DNA from: an uncultured archaeon
GTDB taxonomy: Archaea; Thermoplasmatota; Penumbrarchaeia; JASLWR01
NCBI GenBank assembly: GCA_964430885.1
Contig: CAYSHM010000027.1
Span: 1 to 46,412 of the forward strand
Reading direction: 5' to 3'
Length of the DNA: 46,412 nucleotides
This document shows, piece by piece, positions 1 to 8,689 of this stretch (position 1 is the first letter of the stretch; every line of letters begins with the position of its first letter). The position numbers were made by a program, and so were the translations under genes. The notes below the pieces were generated by a model, which saw only the letters and a list, made by a program, of their open reading frames with translations, was not told the origin of the DNA and ran no database searches.

Positions 1-1
1 G

Positions 2-832
2 TGGATTGAAATTGCCCGAATTTCTGCACAAATTTGTGTGAGGAGCCATTATTTTTTCATAGGCAAGGATACTGTGAATGCTTTGAGAGTTTATGTGAAG
101 CATATGAAAAACTTAGGATATGAGTTTGATCAATTCGGGCCCCTTTTTGTAGATGACCATAATAATGGAAAAAGCAATGCTATAAACAAGGTTTTCGTAC
201 CACTACATAGAAAGAGTATGAATCTATTGGTTAGAAATAATGCTATGAGAGCAGGAATTATGGGCAGCGTTATACCGCGGACTTCAAACGGGCGGAAAAA
301 ATATCCTGTTAGACACCATTGTTTCCGGAAGTTCTGGCAGACCGCTATGGAGCAGGGAGGGGTGGCGAAATCATGGTGTAACTACATGATGGGTAATAGC
401 CCAGGAAAGTATGAGAAAGTATATTCCCGTCCGTCTCTGCATCAGCTTAGGGATGCATACCGTAAAGCTGAAAAATATATGTCCGTATCCCAGTTAAGTT
501 CTGCTGGATTGGATCGTATGAGAAAGGATCTTCTTCTCTCGGTTTTCAGGCAGCATTTTTTAATATTGGGGCAGGACCCAGATAGAATCCGTTTGGAAAA
601 AGAGAAGGAATTAGGAGTAACGCTTACCCAAGATGATGAGATTGAGGTTCTTCAGATGCACCTGATGGCCCAAGGAGGCTTAAGGGAGGCGAATTTGGAG
701 AGATATGAGCATATGTTCATTGAGGAGGAAGACCTGGTCAAATTTCTGGATGAAGGTTGGGATTTATACAATGAGCTTTCAGACGGACGTTATATAATTA
801 AGAAGCGTTATCAGCCGGCGATTTACAATTGA
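2..832 (+). CDS. Tyrosine recombinase/integrase, 5'-truncated by the window edge
   Basis: The frame is open from base 2. It has the HxxR box (RHHCFRKFW), then YMMGN where LMGH is usual, then a candidate catalytic Tyr (KVYSRP). The C-terminal 'EEDLVKFLDEGWDLY..LSDGRYIIK' extension resembles that of archaeal integrases. Confidence 0.8.
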   Translation, partial: WIEIARISAQICVRSHYFFIGKDTVNALRVYVKHMKNLGYEFDQFGPLFVDDHNNGKSNAINKVFVPLHRKSMNLLVRNNAMRAGIMGSVIPRTSNGRKKYPVRHHCFRKFWQTAMEQGGVAKSWCNYMMGNSPGKYEKVYSRPSLHQLRDAYRKAEKYMSVSQLSSAGLDRMRKDLLLSVFRQHFLILGQDPDRIRLEKEKELGVTLTQDDEIEVLQMHLMAQGGLREANLERYEHMFIEEEDLVKFLDEGWDLYNELSDGRYIIKKRYQPAIYN

Positions 833-970
833 TTTCAATTAAAATATCAACCTTCAAAATTAATTTAAAATGATTATTAAATTAGCAATCAATACCTTAA
901 TTCCGAATAATTTAATATCTATTCTTAGCACTGTCCCTATCAATATATCTGACTACGAAAGGTGACACTC

Positions 971-1267
971 ATGCATGAAAAAGAAAAAAAACACACTATC
1001 AGAGATAAGATCAGCGAAATGAAGGAAAAGCTCGAGAATTACGATTATCAGGGTGAGGTCATAAGGGACCTTATTATATTGGAGGACGCCTTCGAGGAGT
1101 TGGGTCTATCTATAAAGAAGAAGCGTAAGGAGATGGAGAAGGAAGGCCTAAAAGATACGATAGCACGGGATTCCGATAGGATAAAGAAGGAAGCGCGAAA
1201 TATCCTTAATGAGATAGTGGTGGACCTGGAGGTCTCACTGGATAGATTGAAGAAGAATCTGAATTAA
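971..1267 (+). CDS. Small charged coiled-coil hypothetical protein
   Basis: GGTGA RBS at 961-965 precedes ATG 971. The sequence is E/K/L-rich and helical. It converges on the Lhr stop. Confidence 0.65.
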   Translation: MHEKEKKHTIRDKISEMKEKLENYDYQGEVIRDLIILEDAFEELGLSIKKKRKEMEKEGLKDTIARDSDRIKKEARNILNEIVVDLEVSLDRLKKNLN

Positions 1268-1268
1268 A

Positions 1269-4200
1269 TCAGACCTTAAGCCCTTTAACGTCCAATCCCT
1301 GCTTCCATACCCATTTCTCCACAACGAACTTGTAGATGTCCTTACCCTTGTACTCCTCGATGATGAATTTATCGCTCTCGATAATTCCTTTGAAACCAGC
1401 CACCATGTCCCCGCCCTTGAACACTATATGCCAATCTCCCCTGCCGAACTCATCCCTGATGTCCTCTTTTAGATAGTACCATACCGGGTCCTTGGGAGGT
1501 AGGATGAACTTGTGGAACATCGCCATATCCTCTAAAAGAGGAACGTCTTCCTTTACCATGTAATAGATCTCCGAGGAGTTCTCCCGGAGATACCCCTTTA
1601 CAAGATAGCCTTCTGCAACAAAGGAATTGATTATGGTTCTGAGCTCCTCAATTGAATAGGTGTCCTTGATATATCTTTTCAGGTTGCCTAGGGAGAAAAC
1701 TCCGAAGGTTGAGAAAAGATATTTTATACACTCCTTCCGGGCCCTTTTCTTGGACATCTTCAGATCGTCCCCCACAAGTACAAATGTGTTCTTGGGATCC
1801 TTGACAACATGGAGGGAGTCGAGCAGCTCCTTCTTCTTCTCTCTGAACACCTGGTTGGATAAGGTGGACCTCTCCTTCCATTTCTTGGCGTTCCGAAGGA
1901 AGCCGGTTGGCATGACCTCCAGAAGATATTTGGCTGTGGGACTGATCCTCTCAGTCTTTGCCGTCTTGTAAACCCTTATTAGGTCCCGGGTGGTATACAT
2001 AAGACGGGGTGGTACCAGTTTGGCCTTAACCAGGTCGTTGATATTGGCGAATGCCCTGATGTCCTTTCCCTCGCATTTGCATCTCAGCTGAAGCTCGCTG
2101 GTACTTCCCACCATCTTAAGGTGGTCCATGTAGATAGTGGGATCGGTGATTATGGTGTCAGGATGTAAATGCTGTTTATAGAACATGTATTCCAGTATGG
2201 TTTTGCTTGGGTAGGATTGTCCTATAAGGTTGCCAACTATAAGCCTGTCGTCTATAAGGGCTGCTCCTGAGTTTGTCAGACTATCGATCAGCCAGTGTTC
2301 ATCCTTTAAGAGCTTGTCGACAAGAACTCCATTGATCTTCTCAATATTGATGATATCGATATCGAATTCGCGGTAGAAGTTAAGGAGTTCCTCCATACAT
2401 TCGACGGTCTTTGAAATTATCCTTTTATTATTATCGGTCTCCTCAGGGAGGAACATCTCGTTATTGCCCATTCCCATGAACCTTTTTGCCTGACCCTGGG
2501 ACGGGATCTCGAGGTTCAAAGCCCTCACGTCATCTTTGTCCTCTTCTATCCTGAGAGAGCATATGGGTTCTCCCTCATGGATCACAATATGGGTCCAGAC
2601 CCCCGTGAATTTGAGGAATGCCTTGTGTCTAATTAGATGGAAATAGGGATGGGTCCGTGAAATGATTTGACTCACGGCGCCTCTCCTTCTGCAGGAGTCA
2701 TCCAGCTCCACCATCTTATTGAAATCCTCGGAAGATACAAGCATCTGGGTCGGATAGGGATTCTCAATAAAGACCCTTCTTACTGCATCACTGGTGAGAA
2801 GGCTGTCTATTATGGCGTCCATCTGCTCCTTGGGAAGATCGATGTGTTCCTGAAGTGTGCTGGTGGATATGGGTCCATATAGGTCGATCATGAAATTGAT
2901 AAGACCCTTGAGGGAATCTAACACCTTTTCCTTGATCTCCGGGGTCATTAGTTCCTTTTTCATGTTTGACGAGTAGGAACCGGATACGCCGTTGTTCTCC
3001 ATTGTCTGGATTGCCTCGTGCTCATCCTCGGCAAGACCCTCGATATCCTCGGTGAAGAATATATTGTCAAATGTCTCGTTTGGTATGGGAACGAAACCTA
3101 TTGCAGTGTATTTATTGGCTGACAGGGCCTTGGACCTCCCCAGCCAGAGGTTCCTTTCCAGATGATACAGGGCCTCGTAGATCTGGCCCTTGGACATTTC
3201 CAGGGTCTTATATAGTTCGTACCTTTTTACCCCCGGATTCTCTATAATTCTCTTCAGCACGTACTGCTCCACGGCATTGATGCTGGCGGTCCTTCCTACC
3301 CAGATAAATCTGGAGGCTGACTCAACTGGAAGATACCGCGGTCGGGACCGTTTGAACCTGACCCTGACAAGCTTTCCGTCCTTGACAGCGCTCTGCCATT
3401 TGTTCTTGGAGAATCTTCGGGTCGTCTGATAGATATCCAGGGCCGAACCCATTACCAAACCTTCCTCAAGGGCGGCGAAGAACTCCTTTTTCTTTGAGAA
3501 GAACTTCTCGCAGATCATGTCCTGAAGAACATCGCCTGAGAAAACATGTTTGCCCTGGTTGTCCAGGCTCAATGATCTAAGGTCCTTCCTTAAGATATAG
3601 TACTGTCGCTCTTCGGTCTTCATGATTGGCGCCTTTACCAGGTCCGCTTCCAGTTCCAGTTCCGCAAGGACACTGGTCAGGTTAATACTGCTGAGACAGA
3701 AATCGAAATGAGCCTCCAGTTCCCTTTGTGTGAATGGCCCGAACTCACTTAGGAATCTGCGTATCCCGTCCTTCACCACATCAACCCTGCTCATGGGAGT
3801 GGTGTGGTCCTTGATCTTTCCTAAGCGTATCCTTTCCTCTGCCTCGGTGAATATACGTTTTTCCTCAAGGGCAAAACTGTTCAATTTCTTGTAGTAGGTT
3901 GCGTCCCTCTTAAAATGGCCGTCCACCAGTTCCTTGGTGAAGTTGGCGCCCTCACCTTCAAGCCCCAGCACCCTGGAATGACCAATTATCTCCTCGAATA
4001 GTCTCCCGCCAAGCTGTTTGAACACCATGGATTGGCTTGAAAGGGCGGAAACCTCCGAAAGAGTGGGAACTATCAATGAATACGCAAAAACGGAAGGTCT
4101 CGTGGTATAATCCTTGACGTATACCTTGATCTGACCCTTGGCAATCCTTCTCAGAACCTCCTCGGTCTTCTCAATATCGAGGAACTGGTTCATTATCTCA

Positions 4201-6722
4201 TTGTAGGTCTCCCTGTAGGGGGGTAAGGATTTCATTATATCCGGGGGAATATCCCTCAGCATGTCGAGTATCTGATGCTGCTGTTTCTTGGTGGAAATCT
4301 TGTGGCCCTTGTAGTTCTTTAGGATAGCTAGGGATCGATTGGCGCAGTGAAGGAACCTACGTTTGAATAGTTCGCTGTCCTTTAATTCGTCCCGAAGTAT
4401 CCTTTTAACGTTCTGATGATGAACGAGATTGAAGATATGGTCCAGTCTGAACCCTTCAACCTCCTCCAATGTCAGGACGATGCCGTTATCGTGAATTGTG
4501 TATTTTACCTTGCCTCCGTACCTGGAGGTGATCATGCTGGAAAGGACCCTAGCTATTACCTCGTTAATCTCCCATCCGAAGACCGAATGAAGGACAATGT
4601 TCCTCATTCTGAGGTTGTCTATATAGCCCTCAACTAGGATCTTTCTTTCCGACGGGACAATGGTTCCGCTTCGTGACTGTTCCAGTATATAATCCAGGAG
4701 GAGTCCGGCCCCCTTCTCATCTATCTTGTATCTGCGGGAAAGGAGATCGATGATCTGTTTGCCGAACCGCTTAGAAGGTTCCTTGAGCTTCAGCTCGCCA
4801 GTGTCCGTCTGACCGTACATCTCTCCCTCGTCCTTGGTGATGCCGGTCTCCATGAGACTGGCTTCCAGAGTCGAGAAGAACCTTCCGACGTCAACGCTCA
4901 GCACCGGATTCCTGGTGATCACCCCTCCTGTCCATGAAGGGATTGTGGGTGCCATTCCGCCGGCGTTCTTAACATATACACTGGTACCTATGGCCTTTAC
5001 GAACCTGTAGGACCGTCCGCCCAGAAGAAACACATCATTTTTGGAGAGCCGTTCCACAAAGGAACCTGACAGTTTCCCAACGTAGGAGTCGTCCTCGGAG
5101 CTCCTTACCCGGTATTCCATCTGGGGTGGTATAGTGCCGGCGTTCAGAAAATAGATTAGTCTGGTTGAGCCCCTGGCCTCTATATCGCCTGTTTCGGTGT
5201 TATAATCCACCCTGGGATACAGATGATAACGGGACAGGTTCTCATCAGATAGGAACCGGAGTACGTTCCGAAGTTCATCCATCTTGATATCCTTATAGAT
5301 GTCTGTTTGCCGTATGAGTTCATGGAGTTCATGTTCTTTGATCTTGTCCTCCAATGATATACCCACAATGGCTTGGGCAAGCACATCCTCGCAATTGCGG
5401 GGTATCACAATATCGTCAAGCTTGGATCGGCTGATGTTCAGCGCAATTGTGCAGCATTCCACCAGATCGTTCATTTCAAGGGCTACGAACCGGCCTCTGG
5501 CGACCTCGCCCAGTGTGTGCCCCGCACGCCCTACCCTCTGTATGGCCCTGGAAACCGATTTGGGTGTGCCCAGCTGGATCACTAGATCGATATGGCCCAC
5601 GTCTATACCGAGCTCCAATGAGGATGATGTGGATACAGCCTTAATCTCCCCAGTCTTCAATTTATCCTCAATCTCGAACCTGAGCTTCTTTCCCATTGAG
5701 CCGTGATGGGTTGCTACATCTTCGAACCCTATCTCCTTGAGCTTGAGGGTAATCTTCTCGCTCATACGCCGGGTATTGGTGAAGATTATGGTGTTCCCGT
5801 GGTGCTCTACAAGACCCTTTATGATGCGTATCGCGCCATCAAACCTCTGATCATAGGGCTGGTTGATGGAATCGAAAGCAGGGAGCACCTTTATATCGTA
5901 TTTCTTCTCCCCCTGATACTGGACTATGGTTATGTCCCTGCTTCTGCCGTTCTCCCTTCCCACCAGGTACCTTCCGATGTCCTCTATTGGTGACTGGGTA
6001 GCAGATAAACCTATCCTCACGAGGTCTTGCCCTACCAGGTTCTGCAGACGTTCCATTGAAAGGGAGAGCAGACTTCCTCTCTTGGAGGAGGCCAGATCGT
6101 GAATCTCATCTATAATTACATAGCGTGTTTTGGTTAGTTTTTTTATGAATTTGGAGGTGGATAGAACAATGGAAAGGGTTTCCGGAGTCGTTATCAGAAT
6201 ATGCGGGGCCTGGCGGGTCATCTTCTGTTTTTCCTTGGATGATGTGTCCCCCGTCCTGACCGCTAAGCGGATTTTAGGTATTTTGCTTCCATTATCCGCC
6301 TTGTCCTTTCCGGATGATTTCGCACCGCCTTTGAGGGCCCAGTCCTCGTAATCTCCGCCGCTGTTCTCCTCAGCAATGGCATATATCTCCTCTAGAGGCC
6401 TCATGAGGTTCTTTTCAATATCCCTGCCCAAAGCTTTCAGGGGGGATATGTAGATACAGTATGTGCGGTTCTCAAGTTTTCCCTTTTTCGCCAGTGAATA
6501 AAGATAATTGATTATACTGAGAAAGGCTGTGAGGGTCTTTCCGGTTCCGGTTGGTGATGATATAAGTAGATTGATGCCCTGGTCTATCAGGGGTACTGAT
6601 AATCTTTGAGGTGGTGTGAAGTTGTTGAACCTGGAAAGGAACCAGTTCTCCACATCTTCATCAAGTTTCTCCAGTATTTCATTCATTCCATACATCTTGT
6701 TGGCGTACCTTATCATTTTCAT
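1269..6722 (-). CDS. lhr: Lhr-family SF2 ATP-dependent helicase with long C-terminal winged-helix extension (1817 aa)
   Basis: Motifs SPTGTGKT, IDEIH, GLSAT, HHGS, SSLELGIDVG, QRVGRAGH and the Lhr-type IPSW. About 900 extra C-terminal residues carry repeated wHTH-like motifs. Confidence 0.9.
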   Translation of the reverse strand: MKMIRYANKMYGMNEILEKLDEDVENWFLSRFNNFTPPQRLSVPLIDQGINLLISSPTGTGKTLTAFLSIINYLYSLAKKGKLENRTYCIYISPLKALGRDIEKNLMRPLEEIYAIAEENSGGDYEDWALKGGAKSSGKDKADNGSKIPKIRLAVRTGDTSSKEKQKMTRQAPHILITTPETLSIVLSTSKFIKKLTKTRYVIIDEIHDLASSKRGSLLSLSMERLQNLVGQDLVRIGLSATQSPIEDIGRYLVGRENGRSRDITIVQYQGEKKYDIKVLPAFDSINQPYDQRFDGAIRIIKGLVEHHGNTIIFTNTRRMSEKITLKLKEIGFEDVATHHGSMGKKLRFEIEDKLKTGEIKAVSTSSSLELGIDVGHIDLVIQLGTPKSVSRAIQRVGRAGHTLGEVARGRFVALEMNDLVECCTIALNISRSKLDDIVIPRNCEDVLAQAIVGISLEDKIKEHELHELIRQTDIYKDIKMDELRNVLRFLSDENLSRYHLYPRVDYNTETGDIEARGSTRLIYFLNAGTIPPQMEYRVRSSEDDSYVGKLSGSFVERLSKNDVFLLGGRSYRFVKAIGTSVYVKNAGGMAPTIPSWTGGVITRNPVLSVDVGRFFSTLEASLMETGITKDEGEMYGQTDTGELKLKEPSKRFGKQIIDLLSRRYKIDEKGAGLLLDYILEQSRSGTIVPSERKILVEGYIDNLRMRNIVLHSVFGWEINEVIARVLSSMITSRYGGKVKYTIHDNGIVLTLEEVEGFRLDHIFNLVHHQNVKRILRDELKDSELFKRRFLHCANRSLAILKNYKGHKISTKKQQHQILDMLRDIPPDIMKSLPPYRETYNEIMNQFLDIEKTEEVLRRIAKGQIKVYVKDYTTRPSVFAYSLIVPTLSEVSALSSQSMVFKQLGGRLFEEIIGHSRVLGLEGEGANFTKELVDGHFKRDATYYKKLNSFALEEKRIFTEAEERIRLGKIKDHTTPMSRVDVVKDGIRRFLSEFGPFTQRELEAHFDFCLSSINLTSVLAELELEADLVKAPIMKTEERQYYILRKDLRSLSLDNQGKHVFSGDVLQDMICEKFFSKKKEFFAALEEGLVMGSALDIYQTTRRFSKNKWQSAVKDGKLVRVRFKRSRPRYLPVESASRFIWVGRTASINAVEQYVLKRIIENPGVKRYELYKTLEMSKGQIYEALYHLERNLWLGRSKALSANKYTAIGFVPIPNETFDNIFFTEDIEGLAEDEHEAIQTMENNGVSGSYSSNMKKELMTPEIKEKVLDSLKGLINFMIDLYGPISTSTLQEHIDLPKEQMDAIIDSLLTSDAVRRVFIENPYPTQMLVSSEDFNKMVELDDSCRRRGAVSQIISRTHPYFHLIRHKAFLKFTGVWTHIVIHEGEPICSLRIEEDKDDVRALNLEIPSQGQAKRFMGMGNNEMFLPEETDNNKRIISKTVECMEELLNFYREFDIDIINIEKINGVLVDKLLKDEHWLIDSLTNSGAALIDDRLIVGNLIGQSYPSKTILEYMFYKQHLHPDTIITDPTIYMDHLKMVGSTSELQLRCKCEGKDIRAFANINDLVKAKLVPPRLMYTTRDLIRVYKTAKTERISPTAKYLLEVMPTGFLRNAKKWKERSTLSNQVFREKKKELLDSLHVVKDPKNTFVLVGDDLKMSKKRARKECIKYLFSTFGVFSLGNLKRYIKDTYSIEELRTIINSFVAEGYLVKGYLRENSSEIYYMVKEDVPLLEDMAMFHKFILPPKDPVWYYLKEDIRDEFGRGDWHIVFKGGDMVAGFKGIIESDKFIIEEYKGKDIYKFVVEKWVWKQGLDVKGLKV

Positions 6723-7017
6723 ACCACAGTTTTATAAACGCACCTTTCTTCAGACAATCGCAATTTACTTTCATGCATTGAGAAGATGTATGATTGATTA
6801 TAATAGTGCATATTTAACGCTCAAGCGGATGTTTTATAACGTTTAAATATTCATTTGAAAGGTTAAATAGATTTCCTAGCTTTTATTTGAAAAATATAGA
6901 TAAAACGGCAGTTGAGACGAGGAACTTCTTGTTTGTAGGAAAGAAATGGTTATTATACCCGATAGCTTTCCCGTTTTCTGAAATGACTCAAAAAGGCTAT
7001 TGAACTGATAAAAATCA

Positions 7018-7497
7018 TCATTCGAGGGGTATTTTCTCCCTTAATCTCGTGGCGCAGATTGGTTCTCCGGAAACGTTCCGCACCATATCGATAACTATGA
7101 TCTTGAGAGGATCAAGACCATTTTTAATTCTATGCTCGTTGATTGAATGAGCATTATTCTTGCTCTCCCTTGAGACAACTATCCTTTGGAGCATGGTATT
7201 GTATCTTGCAGGACCCATGGTGTCCTCCAGGGGTACAATGGAATAGGGACAGTCGTGCTTTTCAAGGAAATCCGCGACCCTCTCTGCTCTTTGAGAGTAT
7301 GGAGCTACCTGTCTTTTTCTGTAGCTTGAGGCGAAATCGTCTGCTGTTATAGCAACGACTAATTTGCTGTCTGCGAGGCCTTGAACCTCTAAGACCGCTC
7401 TTGATAACAGTGCCTCATGCCCTTTGTGAAAAATATCAAAAGTACCGCCGAGGCAAACCCTTGCTTTTAGGTCGGGGAATGGGTCTACTTCCAACAT
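7018..7497 (-). CDS. coaD: Archaeal/eukaryote-type phosphopantetheine adenylyltransferase
   Basis: GGTFDIFHKGH (HxGH) motif, plus IVVSRES and IN..R..NGL.PL.I motifs. Confidence 0.85.
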   Translation of the reverse strand: MLEVDPFPDLKARVCLGGTFDIFHKGHEALLSRAVLEVQGLADSKLVVAITADDFASSYRKRQVAPYSQRAERVADFLEKHDCPYSIVPLEDTMGPARYNTMLQRIVVSRESKNNAHSINEHRIKNGLDPLKIIVIDMVRNVSGEPICATRLREKIPLE

Positions 7498-7546
7498 CTA
7501 AAATCCTCGGGATGGGTTCCAACAGTTGAAGATAGTTGAAAATGAA

Positions 7547-7867
7547 TTATCTTAGACCGGAAAATACCACAAAGATGAAAGCTGCAGCCATGATGGCCAA
7601 TATGATGTACTGCTGCCGTCTGGCCCTTTTAACCTTTTCGGTCCGTATCTCTCTGCAGTCTGAAGAACAGAAGTTATCTGCTTTATTAAAGGGTATGGCC
7701 TTGAAACATACATCGCAGTGTTTATGCTGGGCAAGTTCCCCCTTGTTACTGGACCCGTGGCGCTTCTTTGACGACCCTTTCTTCTTGTTGCCTTTCTTGG
7801 AAACCATGTCCTTGATGATGTCTGATTCGTCCTTCATAATCCGATTCCTGCTTCCGGGTGATCTCAT
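7547..7867 (-). CDS. DUF2116-like Zn-ribbon membrane protein
   Basis: QHKHCDVC..AIP....FCSSDC followed by a basic stretch and a C-terminal TM helix. It lies between pyrH and coaD. Confidence 0.75.
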   Translation of the reverse strand: MRSPGSRNRIMKDESDIIKDMVSKKGNKKKGSSKKRHGSSNKGELAQHKHCDVCFKAIPFNKADNFCSSDCREIRTEKVKRARRQQYIILAIMAAAFIFVVFSGLR

Positions 7868-7904
7868 AATTGATGTCCCCTTGTATATATTATTGAAAAA
7901 TGGG

Positions 7905-8621
7905 TCAAGGTAGTATTACCGTTCCATTTACTTCCTTACCTTCAATGGCCTTCCTTAATTTTTGAAGATCCCTGCCGTCTATTACAACTCCCTTTATTCT
8001 TGATCTGTTCATTATCCTGACGGCTACGGGGTCCATAACCATATTCGGTCCGGCGCTGGCTTTTCCCTGCATAACGATGTTTAGCAGTTCTTCCGTTGTT
8101 ATCTCCGGCAGCATTTCAGCCCGGGGATTGGATTGGGGATCGCTGTCGTATATACCGTCAACAGTGGTAGCATTGATGTATCTGATTCCGTGGACCCGCT
8201 CGTAGATAAGAGCAGCGACTGCATCGGTGGTGAGGGCCGGGTGTGTTCCTCCCATGACGACAATGTCGTGGAGCTTTGCAAGAGAAACACATTTTTCAAT
8301 TCCCTTTGGGATAATAGGAGCGGAATGTCCTTTCAATCCTGGAAGCATCAGCATGGCGTTCAACCAGGTACATGTGATGCCCATCCAGTCAAGGAATGCT
8401 TCATCACCGTTGAGCTGTCTTCCCCAGGAAATATAACTGCGCGCGGTTCGGCCTCCGCCCACCACAATGATGAACCTGTAATCTGAAATATATTCCAGAA
8501 TAAGTCCGCAAACTTCTTTTATATAATCCGCATCCTCCCCTTTAGGGACCAGTATGGATCCCCCCAGGGATATAACTATATGCGGCCTGTCTCCATGCAC
8601 AGCCTTGTCCATTTTGATCAC
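7905..8621 (-). CDS. pyrH: Archaeal-type UMP kinase
   Basis: ISLGGS, VVGGGRTARSYI, MGGTHPALTTDAVAA and VDGIYDSDP motifs. Confidence 0.92.
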   Translation of the reverse strand: MIKMDKAVHGDRPHIVISLGGSILVPKGEDADYIKEVCGLILEYISDYRFIIVVGGGRTARSYISWGRQLNGDEAFLDWMGITCTWLNAMLMLPGLKGHSAPIIPKGIEKCVSLAKLHDIVVMGGTHPALTTDAVAALIYERVHGIRYINATTVDGIYDSDPQSNPRAEMLPEITTEELLNIVMQGKASAGPNMVMDPVAVRIMNRSRIKGVVIDGRDLQKLRKAIEGKEVNGTVILP

Positions 8622-8689
8622 GCCTTTTATATTGATTTGCTCATGTAATATTATTTGATTGAATATTTTCTTATTCTGTTACCGGATAT

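Noticed and set aside
833-961. tRNA or att site after the integrase
   Set aside because: The region is very AT-rich, with no cloverleaf, T-loop motif or direct repeat visible.
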